A stretch of 63,923 nucleotides of DNA, counting the filler, from Salisapilia sapeloensis CBS 127946 (Eukaryota; Protista; Oomycota): the NCBI GenBank assembly GCA_023334545.1. It is 10 parts of 10 records of this genome, joined end to end, with 100 filler letters (N's around TTAATTAATTAA, not from the genome) between each part and the next. Parts side by side here need not be neighbours in the genome. Positions count along the whole stretch, not along the records: positions 1 to 15,662 come from JAADVB010000363.1; positions 15,763 to 22,782 come from JAADVB010000538.1; 8 more parts are not named here. One strand, written 5' to 3'. A program made the translations under genes and the position numbers. Positions 11,097 to 20,794 of the stretch are shown here, piece after piece. The notes under the pieces were generated by a model that was given only the letters and a program-made list of their open reading frames with translations, had not been told where the DNA came from and ran no database searches. Position 1 is the stretch's first letter, and each line of letters starts with the position of its first letter.

Positions 11097-13781
11097 ATGG
11101 GCATGCATGTATTTGAGCAAGTATCTTGTGGTGTGTGGCATGACGGATTGGAAACTTCGACTCGATTAGCTTTAGCATGTTGTCTGAGAGCAGCTGGAGG
11201 TGTCATCGTGCCTCTGAACAAGGTGCAGGAGCTAGTGTCCGACGAAGACACTGCGGATAAATTCGCACAGACGATCACGCATATTATATGTGATCCAAGT
11301 GCCTATGAGCATGTGCAATCGATCCAGAAGGATAGATATGTTGCCATTGTTCGTCCAGAATGGGTGTTTCGAAGCTTCGTACTGCAGCATTTGCTTCCGA
11401 CGGATGCTTTTAGCGCTGACCCGACAAAAGTCTTTTCGTCTCTCGCGATTGCTGTCGGGTCCATCGAGAAAGACCCAAAGCGTGTCGTCGCTGGGCTCAT
11501 TTCCCACTTTGGTGGTCAAGTAGTAGATGATGAAAGCATGTATGACGGTGCGACGCACGTCCTAAGCTTGCACGAGCCATCGTCTCCACTGTCCCAACTC
11601 CCAGATCGAGCTCTATTCACCGTCCCATACTCTTCTCCATCCATCTCTACGTCACTAGAAGAGTGGGAGGAGCATTTAAACATCTATTCTGACGAACAGT
11701 TTACTATGTCAAAGGAGCTCGTGAGCTACTTGGGCTTCAAGGCAGGACTCGCCAAGCAGCACTGCATCGAATACACCTGGATAGAAGATAGCACGAAGCA
11801 GCAAAGGCGTGTGGACGAACAAGAGTTTGAGTGGGACGCTACGAGTGCACTTGATAGACCGAACACTTTCGTAGCAAGTAAACAGATTGAAGCACTCGAG
11901 CTCCAACCATGCGCTAGTGTCTACGCTTCTTCCAAGTACACGCGCGAGAGTAGTCTCGAGCTGTCGTTCTTATCTAAACTTGTGTCTTCTCCAGATAAGA
12001 TGGAAGCGTTAGAAGAAAAAGTAGGAGGTTGCATCATTCTGTTAGCACAGCACATTCCACCAGCTCTACGTTCTCGACTGAGCGACGTGCTAAAGCAAGT
12101 ACGTGCTAAAGTCGCGAATGTCCCTCTCAGTGCATCGTATCCTCAGATCGTACATAAAGTCGTATCCAATGCGTCGTTCGTTGTTTGTCAGTATGCATCT
12201 GGATGGGAGTATAAGGAAGCAAAAGAGCAGGAGAAGCAAGTGACGAGTGTCTTTGGTCTCATCACGACGACTGCTTTGTCAGGTGTAACGGAAACGATGT
12301 ATCAAAAGGCTGTCATGTCTCCAACAGGACGTAGCGACGGCATCGCTGGCATGAAGACGTTTGTCGTGACGCTGTCAGGATACACGAGTAGGACGAGTCC
12401 AACGAGAGAACAGATGCAGGTCGCGATCTACAACTCAGGTGCTTGTCTACTTCCAGTGTTGAGTAAATCCCATTCGACGCACCTCTTGTGTTATGAGAGG
12501 AAAGGAGAAAAGTATGAGAGTGCAGTCGGATGGAAGTTTCCTCATATACTAAGTCATGACTGGTTATTCCAATGTCTTGAGACATGGAAGCACTTTCAGG
12601 AAGAGGACTATCGTCTCATTTCATATGAAGTTGATGAGCAAGAGCAAGAGCAAGAGCAAGAGCAAGAGCAAGAGCAAGAGCAAGAGCAAGTGCAAGAGCA
12701 GGAGGGTACTGCTAAAGACACGAGAGGATTAAGTGACAAGGTAGAGGAGCCGGATGAAGAGCCTGTGCTTCAACTTACACAGACAGATGACGTCAGGGAG
12801 AATAGAAAAATACAAGAGGAGTCCGTGCTTCCTGGAGATAGCTTTGATGACGTCAGCGCAGTGTCTGAACACGTCGATAATATCAGTAAGGATGGCATTA
12901 CTTCCGAGCAGGAGACCTCTTTCCTATCGTCTACAAGCAGTAAGCAGAGTAAGACGCACTCACCTCCTTCTGAAGCAAAGCGTGAAGAGGTGCAGGAGAA
13001 GCCCAAGAGCTCTAATAAGAAACGAAAGCGGTCGGAGAATGCAAGTGACACTACCTCCTCCCGCAAGCCTAAATCTCTCGAGTCTGTACTTGATGCTCCT
13101 ATCTTCCTCTTGACTGGAGGTGAAGAAGAGACGCAGATAGATGAAGCAACGATCCAATCGCTTGGTGGATCTGTTTTGCAGTCAGGAAGAGCTTTTGATA
13201 GTCGCTGTTCGCATGTCATTTGCAGAAGTTTAAAGCGGACAGAGAAAGTGGTGGCGGCATGTGCTGCTGGGAAATGGATTCTACGACCGACGTTCTTAGA
13301 AGCAAGTGCTTTGGCAGGACACTTTGTTGATGAATGGGAACATGAGTGGGGCGTACAGAAGGAAGATGTCGGGTTAATGGACGAACGCATTTGGAAGCAT
13401 AGTCCTCGGTACTGGCGACAACGCCGAGAGCAAGGTCTTGCTGGACCATTCGCCGACTGGACTGTTGTCATTCATCCCAAGTGTGTGCCGCCACCGGAAA
13501 TGTGTACACGAGTAGTGGAAGCAGGAGGTGGAAGTGTCATTTCGCTTAAGCAAAAGGGATTGGATATAGCCAAGACACGTACGAAAGTGGAGATGGAGGG
13601 TCGATTGTTCCTAGCGATCGTACCTACGAATGCCGAGACGATGCGAGATGCATGGATGAGAAAATTACGCAGTGCAGAGATGGAGTGCATCAAGGCAACT
13701 TTTTTAATCGATTATCTCACGACCGTGGATCGAGATGCTGGACTAGACCTTAGTAGAACAGACTACCAGTACATGTTCTAA
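11097..13781 (+). CDS. Multi-BRCT scaffold protein (PTIP/Rtt107/Brc1/TopBP1-like)
   Basis: Several BRCT-like segments: THIIC...IVRPEWV; GG...THVL; VTLSGY...STHLLC...SHDWLFQC; and a C-terminal pair FLLTGG...SHVIC...RTEKVVAACAAGKWIL. The true start is uncertain. Confidence 0.75.
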   Translation: MGMHVFEQVSCGVWHDGLETSTRLALACCLRAAGGVIVPLNKVQELVSDEDTADKFAQTITHIICDPSAYEHVQSIQKDRYVAIVRPEWVFRSFVLQHLLPTDAFSADPTKVFSSLAIAVGSIEKDPKRVVAGLISHFGGQVVDDESMYDGATHVLSLHEPSSPLSQLPDRALFTVPYSSPSISTSLEEWEEHLNIYSDEQFTMSKELVSYLGFKAGLAKQHCIEYTWIEDSTKQQRRVDEQEFEWDATSALDRPNTFVASKQIEALELQPCASVYASSKYTRESSLELSFLSKLVSSPDKMEALEEKVGGCIILLAQHIPPALRSRLSDVLKQVRAKVANVPLSASYPQIVHKVVSNASFVVCQYASGWEYKEAKEQEKQVTSVFGLITTTALSGVTETMYQKAVMSPTGRSDGIAGMKTFVVTLSGYTSRTSPTREQMQVAIYNSGACLLPVLSKSHSTHLLCYERKGEKYESAVGWKFPHILSHDWLFQCLETWKHFQEEDYRLISYEVDEQEQEQEQEQEQEQEQEQVQEQEGTAKDTRGLSDKVEEPDEEPVLQLTQTDDVRENRKIQEESVLPGDSFDDVSAVSEHVDNISKDGITSEQETSFLSSTSSKQSKTHSPPSEAKREEVQEKPKSSNKKRKRSENASDTTSSRKPKSLESVLDAPIFLLTGGEEETQIDEATIQSLGGSVLQSGRAFDSRCSHVICRSLKRTEKVVAACAAGKWILRPTFLEASALAGHFVDEWEHEWGVQKEDVGLMDERIWKHSPRYWRQRREQGLAGPFADWTVVIHPKCVPPPEMCTRVVEAGGGSVISLKQKGLDIAKTRTKVEMEGRLFLAIVPTNAETMRDAWMRKLRSAEMECIKATFLIDYLTTVDRDAGLDLSRTDYQYMF
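12636..12701 (+). repeat. Coding hexanucleotide microsatellite, (GAGCAA)9 plus 2 degenerate units, encoding poly-(EQ)
   Basis: Read directly: nine perfect GAGCAA units at 12636-12689, then GTGCAA and GAGCAG. Confidence 0.95.
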
Positions 13782-13801
13782 GGAGATACAAGCTGTCTTG
13801 T

Positions 13802-14276
13802 TCATTCTTTTTCGATGAGAGTTTCGTCTTGATCGTATATCTATCGTAGCTATTAGGTACATGCAAGTAGAATAGGAAGAAGTGCGTACACGAGCGAATT
13901 GTTGGTAGCCGCCGGCGAGGACACGAACGTCAGGTACGTCGGCGTCATCTTCGAGCAATGCGAGGCGATTGAAAAATCGACGAGCGCAGGATGGTCCTCG
14001 GACTTGGCTCATCATGCAATGGAAGACGATCGTACCGGCATCACGATAGCGCTGTACGAGTTCATCCACGTCATCATCATCTTCGAAATGATCTGTTGGG
14101 AGATTGACAGCTCCACGAATGTGTCCACCAGCGTAGTCATCGTCACGAACGTCGATGACTAGTAGAGGCTGCTTTAACGGAGTATCGTTGTCATTGGCGC
14201 CTGGTGTGTGCTGTAGCGCTGTGGCTAATTCGCCAGGTGAGACGTAGGACGGTCCAGCTGGAACGGTTCCAAACAT
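13802..14276 (-). CDS. Single-domain Cdc25-like rhodanese phosphatase / arsenate reductase (ACR2/Ych1/Ibp1 type), 2 exons
   Basis: VIDVRDDDYAGGHIRGA, Cx5R loop FHCMMSQVRGPSCA, and VLAGG. An intron after FAR leads to a short last exon IYDQDETLIEKE*. Confidence 0.88.
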
Positions 14277-14319
14277 AACTTTGGGAATGTGAGATGTAGT
14301 CGAACTGTCAAGGGTCAGG

Positions 14320-15539
14320 ATGCAACAGCAGGAGGACAGTACGAGCGATTCGGACAGTGACGAGTTTGCGAATAACGTACGACGTGGAGGATATCGACGA
14401 CGCCAAACGGTATGTAAGGCATGTAGCATGAGTCGGCCTTTGTATCTCAAGTCGAACGTAGCAAAGGTTGGATGACGTCGCGATCGTGCAGCAACTACGA
14501 CGATTGCATCAGGAACTGGATGAAAAGGATGGTGAGCTAGGAATGCTGCGAACGAGTGTCGATCAGCTCACGTTAAGTGTGGAGGAGACAACGACAGAGC
14601 TGGAGTATCGGACGGAATTGCTTACGAACGCTTTAGCTTCCAACGCTGAGCTAACCAAGCAAGTGAACGAAGCAAAGCAAACATTGTTGACGAAAGAAGT
14701 GCACTTAGGAGATGCGAGGAAGAAGATTAAGTCCTTAGAAACGGAGGTGAAGAAGGAATCGGACGCGAAATGGAAAATGAAAGTGAGGCTTACCGAGTTG
14801 GAGACGTCTGCATCATCTACGACAGACAAGACGATGAAATTAAAACGTCGGAAGGAGAAGCTGGAAGAAGAGTCCAAGGCATGGCAGAAGAAGATGAATC
14901 AAGCGTTAGTATCGATGGAAGCGATGGAGAAAGAGTGCTCTGAGCTGCGATACCAAAATGAAACTTTAAGCACGAAACTAGCACAAGCTGAGGATACGTT
15001 GGCATCACGGGCAAGAGAGAATGATCTGGAGATGCAAAAGTTGGAACATCGAATGACAGAGAGTATATGGGCAGTAGAACGGGAGCAGGAGAAACGGGAT
15101 AAAGAGCGGATGGATATGCAGGTTGAGCGAGAGGAATGGATGCAGCAACAGACTGAGTTGCAGAAAGAAGTTGAGAAATTGAGAGACGAGATGGCAACGA
15201 AAACGAATCGACTTATTGATGCAGAGTTGAGTGAGAAACTGGCGAGGAGACAGCTTGCTCGATTCCGAGTCCTGTCAGAATCTGATGCGGTATCTCAGAA
15301 AAGCATCATGTCGCCATCTTCTGAGAGATCAGTGTCACATGCGGAACGGAAGATGGAATGGCAATCTCCAGGATTGTCTACGCGATCAGCGTCTTCGCAG
15401 AAACTGATAGAGCAGAAGCATCGCGCAGCAAAAGAAAAGTTGGATCAATGTGACTTTACAATATACTAGTCATCCTACTTGGTTAGCTTGGATGGATTCC
15501 ATGTTCTACTTGATAGATGTAAAATTAAGGAGTATCTAG
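14320..15539 (+). CDS. Uncharacterised coiled-coil protein (about 3 exons)
   Basis: ORF 14468-15469 is heptad-rich. A GT-AG intron at 14410-14461 joins an in-frame upstream exon starting at ATG 14320. The last exon is inferred. Confidence 0.65.
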
Positions 15540-15662
15540 ATGAATCCTTGTCATTGCCGTAAGTGGTCGATGCAATACGTGGGATGTGTGCCAGCAGTGC
15601 ATTCCACTGTTCGTCTGGTGGCCACGCAATCATGGGCTTGGCCGGATCTTGCGTGGAGGAAG
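15522..15662. repeat. Right arm of the 141-bp terminal inverted repeat of contig 1-15662
   Basis: Exact reverse complement of 1-141; ends at the spacer. Confidence 0.97.
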
Positions 15663-15762
15663 NNNNNNNNNNNNNNNNNNNNNNNNNNNNNNNNNNNNNN
15701 NNNNNNTTAATTAATTAANNNNNNNNNNNNNNNNNNNNNNNNNNNNNNNNNNNNNNNNNNNN
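15663..15762. other. Artificial contig spacer (44 N + TTAATTAATTAA + 44 N). Identical spacers at 22783-22882, 26585-26684, 45447-45546, 48100-48199, 52353-52452, 55086-55185, 56306-56405 and 61497-61596
   Basis: The same 100-nt pattern occurs nine times. The palindromic 12-mer places stop codons in all six frames. Confidence 0.98.
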
Positions 15763-16090
15763 CATCGATCCGCTCGTGGAGGCGAACGCAGAGGACGAGA
15801 ACGACAGCGACGACGCTTCTACGCCGGAGGTGACGCGCGCATCGAGCGGTTCGGCGACTCCGACGTCATTCAAGTCGTCGACGCCGGAGAAGCGTCCGTT
15901 GACTAAGCTTCCGGACCGTCGTGTCATTCGCTTTTCCGACACGGAGGAAGGACGGCTGAGTGCAGGAGACACCGTCTGCGCCCATGTCCGAGGAGGTCGT
16001 CGACCTTGCGAGTTCGCGGTCGGGCAAGCGATGTGCTGCGGCTTCAACGAAGCCTGTGTCCTGAACACCGGATGTGTTCCAATCGCATAG
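15763..16090 (+). CDS. Probable 3' fragment of a gene truncated by the contig start (Ser/Thr/acidic region, then a Cys-rich tail)
   Basis: The frame is open from the contig edge and the composition is GC-rich and coding-like. No family recognised. Confidence 0.35.
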
Positions 16091-16203
16091 AATATAGAGA
16101 CGTCGAGGACATCACCAGCACCAATAGAGACTTTTGTATACAAGAATACAAGCAAAAAGTAAAAAAAACATTGCGATCGATGCAGTACACCTCTAATTTC
16201 GAC

Positions 16204-17393
16204 TTAAAATCCCTTCCATCCGTTCGCTTGAGCTACCGCATATCGCTTGTCCCAATCCTTGCATCCGTACTCATCGACGCAGGGATTGCCGTAGATGCAT
16301 GAACAGGACTCAAATCCACGACCATCATTTCTTTCTACCTTGTCTTTCTCGACTTCAGATGCCCACAGCTCTTTCGTTTTGGCTTGGTCGCGTAGTAGTT
16401 GAGCTTCCTCTTGTTCCACAACTACGTAGTAGGTAGTGCCATTCGTCAAGTTATGATAGACCCCCGGAGGATCCTCCAAAACGAGGCTGTCAAAGTCTCC
16501 TTCGCTTTCTCTCTGGAGGCGCTCGACGTTGGAATGGTACGATAAGCGTACTCGGCAGTTTGGCATAACGAAGCTAAGGCAGTAGACTTCGTCAATTTCT
16601 GACTGGGTTGTACTTCCATCAACAATCGGGAACATCTCGTCGTACTGTTCATATATGAGCTGCACTGTGCCATTACCACAATCCTCTTCTTGGATATCAA
16701 TAGCTGCTTCTGTAGCTTTTTTTTCGTCAGTTGTAGAAGGATCGTTGGATGGGTTGATGACTGGTGTGTCGATATTGGTTTCTGTAGGAAGTGCATGAAT
16801 TTCCTCTGCTTGTTTATTCGCTTCTACTAAAGCCTTTTCAGCGACTGGCTTGTCCAGCAAAGGTGTCTGGATGCAGATAGCTATATATCAGAAAGCTTTC
16901 AGGAATTATCTGTGAAGAATTGTACCATAGGTCGAGTTTCATTTGGAGATGGTAAGCGCACTTGCTCCGCTACCGGCTTGGTGGGAGACCTTGGCGTGGT
17001 AGATGGTAGTGAGCAGTCACTAGGCTTTCGTGGTCCGTTCAATGGATCAGCTAGTGCCTATGAGCATCATTGAGATCAAGAGCATGGGAAATCAATATTT
17101 TAAGAAAGAAAGTGATTAATCTACTTTTGTAGAGTCTTTTGGCGATAGAGCTGGCAGCTTTGTCTCTTTACTATTTGTGTTCTAGATTCCAAGCAATCAA
17201 ATAGGATATCATAAACCTCACAATCATGATTTACTACTAGAATGATACCTTGGCGCTGGATTTTGTTCCTTTGGAGGTAGGAGCAGACTGCTAGGACATA
17301 ATTAGTTTCCATCTCAAAAGTACCTTTAGTACATACAACCTTGGAAGCTGTCGCCTTTGCAAGAGGAGTCTTGGAACCAGTTCGTCCAGTCAT
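16204..17393 (-). CDS. Uncharacterised protein with a C-terminal CSC-x5-C-x5-C motif (3 exons)
   Basis: ORF 17121-17393, a middle exon (about 16927-17058) and ORF 16204-16860 join via GT-AG introns. It ends ESCSCIYGNPCVDEYGCKDWDKRYAVAQANGWKGF. Confidence 0.6.
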
Positions 17394-17566
17394 AATTGCA
17401 AGTTAAGCCCAGCCAAATGCCGACGACAAGCCATTGAGACTAAAAATACCACAAACACATCAACTTTGCTCCTAGGTTACCATTGCTCTTCAATCCTGAA
17501 GTGGTCCACACTCAAATCAACCACGAAGCGACACACCCACTGACTTCATCTACTTCTCGCTCTATC

Positions 17567-18658
17567 ATGGATACTACAACTCTTCAGAGTCTTCTACATG
17601 CAGCCCAAGGTGCTGTCGTCACGATTGGCAGTCTAACAATTGCCCAAAATGTCCTATCTCGTTCTATCCAGTCTCCAAGTGGCTTTGCTCTCTCCGTTGG
17701 TACATTTGTCGGCGTTTTTCGTGCACTCGAATCCAAATGCCGTGGAAAGGATGCTAAAGAAGTCAGGCTCAAGCGAGCTGCTGCAGCTGCCATTGCCGCT
17801 GTGTTTGCTCTTCGAAATCTTGACGAGGGTAAGAGAACGACTTTAACCTCCTTCGTCTCCGTCGAAGCGATTGTCACGATTGCGCACGAGTATTTTTCAT
17901 CCGAAATTGTAAAGCCAGTAGGTTTGACTAGTATCGTAGCTTGCTACTGTCATCTCATCTACTCGTGGATCTATCGAAAAGACATTTTCCCTCCATCGCA
18001 ATTAGCTACACTGGACCACTTTTCATCTCTATCGAAAGACGTTCTTCATCAGATGCGACAAGAAATTCCGTCCAAACATGTATCTACTCGATGCGATGTC
18101 TTTCATCCAGGACAGTCCTGTTCAACTTTCCACCTAGACTTTCTCGTCCAATGCCTTCCAACGTCCATGCGTGCCTTGCTCCCTATCTACGCTGTCACAG
18201 TCGTTCTGCCTCGACTTAAAACCATGGCAACGAAGAGAGATGGTAGACAAGCTAAACAAGTGGCTCAGTCGTTTCTGCGATCTAGCACTTGCCTTACTAC
18301 CATGTACTACATCCCACTCACATTCAGCTGCCATGCACCTCATGTCCCCTCTCTCCATCGACTTGTCGTTCTCCTCGCAGGCTGCATGTCGCCTTTGGCA
18401 CTCGCTTTCGAGACACCCAATCGACGTGAAAGCGTTGCGAAAGCATCATGCGCTTACAGCTTGAGTGCCGCTAGTAAACGCCTATCATTAGACTACAATT
18501 GGAGCTCAAAGACACTGCAAGTGGCTCAGTACATAGTCTTTGCACTTGCCATGGCAGGCTTTGTCAGTCATCCGCATCGACAGAACAAGCGTTTAATGAG
18601 ATGGATATATGGACGTGACTGGACAGAAGAAGAAGCGAAGGAAAAAGTAACTTGTTGA
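17567..18658 (+). CDS. TMEM135/PXMP4-like multi-pass membrane protein
   Basis: Hydrophobic helices and the TMEM135-like Cys-rich motif RCDVFHPGQSC...ALLPIYAV. Start set at ATG 17567. Confidence 0.7.
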   Translation: MDTTTLQSLLHAAQGAVVTIGSLTIAQNVLSRSIQSPSGFALSVGTFVGVFRALESKCRGKDAKEVRLKRAAAAAIAAVFALRNLDEGKRTTLTSFVSVEAIVTIAHEYFSSEIVKPVGLTSIVACYCHLIYSWIYRKDIFPPSQLATLDHFSSLSKDVLHQMRQEIPSKHVSTRCDVFHPGQSCSTFHLDFLVQCLPTSMRALLPIYAVTVVLPRLKTMATKRDGRQAKQVAQSFLRSSTCLTTMYYIPLTFSCHAPHVPSLHRLVVLLAGCMSPLALAFETPNRRESVAKASCAYSLSAASKRLSLDYNWSSKTLQVAQYIVFALAMAGFVSHPHRQNKRLMRWIYGRDWTEEEAKEKVTC

Positions 18659-18663
18659 TGGCA

Positions 18664-20385
18664 TTACGTCGTCTTACCCATCGTTTCGTTGCGTATAACT
18701 TCTCGATCTAACACGACAGTTTGATGCGTTGGATCATATCGAGCGTGAAAAGGCTTCGATAGATTTTCACAAAAGTCGTGCATCTGTTCTCTTGCATTTG
18801 GCTAGATGAGGAGGTCAGTACTAGTTACAATACAGAAAGAAAAGACGAGTACGAGAGAAGTAGCGACGTAGTAGATAGGTTGATACGTCGTGATCGGATA
18901 CGCTTGACGACAGGCTTGATACGGATTCCACGGACGGTACTCTGGCTTTTCACCATCATACTCTGGATCACAAGCATACTCTAGCTCTCCGAAACTAGAC
19001 AGCAGTCCAGCACCATACGCCTACTCGGACATGAATATATAATAACTACATCTCTCTCGAAAGCGTTTACCTTGAGCTCTTCCTTTTGTTTGACGACGCC
19101 AAACTCGACAGAGAACCAGTAGCACTATCCACATCCGTCAGCCTCCAGTCCAGGGTCTTATAGTAGAGGCATCCTACCGTTGCGAGACGTTCGATCTCAT
19201 CATCTGAAGCACCAAGAGATGCGAGTCCGATTTCATGTGAAAAGTCCGCAAAATCCGGGTCTGCGAACATGGGTGCATGGCCTAGTAGCTCATGACAGAT
19301 ATCTGGTTCAGGCGTGTATAAAGGCATCGAGTGGTGGCGAATGTACTACAGCCAATGTCAAAGCGTATTCATTCGAAATGAAGCGTAAGGTTGTTTACGG
19401 CAGTGGAGAAGAAGACACGAAAGGCGAGGCCGTTGAGAAAGTCACGAGAGCTGAGGAGGCCAGCGACTGGACGGAGTGTGAAGCCAGTGGTCTCTTGTAG
19501 AAACTTGGAAATGTCTTGTTGCTGAGGTATATTGTCCGACGCATAGCCGCAGTTGGTTTCCAAGAGTGGGATGATCTCGTTGAATTCAACACAAGCATGT
19601 TTCTGCCATAAATCCTCCATCCGATTGTAGACAGCTCCCCACGTTTCGATCTAAGTAGCGTTAGATCGCTGTTCTACATAGTTGGATCTAGATCGCTTAC
19701 TTCTTTATCCGTGTAGTCGACACGAGGGATTTCATCTCCTTGCCGGAATGTCCTGGCGATAGTGGCAAAATGATTTCGACGAGTGCGATACACTTCGTCC
19801 TGTAGCAGAGTAAATGAGAGGATTTGCATGAGGTGGATAGAGGAGTACGTGGAAGCCTGGGTGGTCGGATTCGAGGTCGGTGCCGGCATCAAGTACCTAT
19901 AAGAAGACGAAGATAAAGTTGCGGATGGGAAAGTTGGACAATAAGATGGGTACATTGGACGCTGAGTAATCCAATTCTTGAATTGTTCGAGGAAACCAAG
20001 GTACTAGATGACGGAAGTTTAAAGGGAATGTATCTTATGGATCGAATGAACTGAAGTACCTTTCTTTGCGTCGATGATGGAGAGATCGAGACAATTGGCT
20101 TGCAGATCTTGGAACAAACTGTCCACATTCGGATCACCTTGACGTCCATCGAATGCAATGAAGAAGGAGTAATTTCTGCTCGTGCCTTTCGATGGACGAG
20201 ACTCGATCCATGTCATATTCACATCGTTCTTGTGAAAGTATCCAAGGACATTCTGAAGAGCTCCTATATTTTGGGGTGTTCAGAAATGCTCTTGCTGCTA
20301 TCGTAGCAATATATTTACCGGACTTGTCGTGCAGTTCTAGCATAATTGACGTTTTCTTCTTATTGTCTCCAGCACTAGTTGTCAT
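18664..20385 (-). CDS. PAH: Phenylalanine-4-hydroxylase (ACT + biopterin-dependent aromatic amino acid hydroxylase), multi-exon
   Basis: ACT segment ([11 protein letters not shown]), [28 protein letters not shown], iron-ligand motif [22 protein letters not shown] and AYGAGLLSS, spread across exons. Confidence 0.92.
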
Positions 20386-20794
20386 CGGCCGGAGCGCCTA
20401 CATATCCATGTATCACAAATGAAAAAAGATCTTTTTAGCAGCATAAATCTTTAAGAGTGCAAACTTCATCTCTCTTCCTCCTCCTATCTACTTACATTTC
20501 TCACTACCGCTGAAATCTTCCTGTTCATTGCAGTAGCTCGAGAGATCGGTAAGAATGCTTGCATTCTGCACCTATGCCGTTCCACTCGCTCCGTACTTCA
20601 ATACCAGTATACTGAGATCAAATGTGATATATTCGTTGTCTACACCTCTCCTAGATCTCTTTCGAGAAGTACGATTGGATGCAAATGACTCCTTTAACAC
20701 CTATTGCTCCAATCAAGATGCACTTGAGGAATCCATACAAAGATCGTTCTCGACACCAACGAAAGAAGTCAAAAAAAAGTAGAGAAGGAAGAGG

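Noticed and set aside
13743-14450. 235-aa ORF-track version of the rhodanese gene overlapping the BRCT stop and the coiled-coil exon 1
   Set aside because: The extensions come from an upstream in-frame ATG and intron read-through. The family is a small single-domain protein, best fit by 13802-14276 with one intron.
1-15662. Contigs with inverted ends as intact DNA transposons, Polintons or linear plasmid/viral genomes
   Set aside because: No transposase, integrase, protein-primed polymerase or capsid is present. The contents are ordinary spliced housekeeping genes, two arms overlap host coding sequence, and the shared 141-bp length points to assembler k-mer overlap.
15707-15718. TTAATTAATTAA palindrome repeated nine times as a biological motif (PacI site, piggyBac TTAA target or telomere-like unit)
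   Set aside because: It is always centred in exactly 44+44 N, so it is an assembly-concatenation linker.
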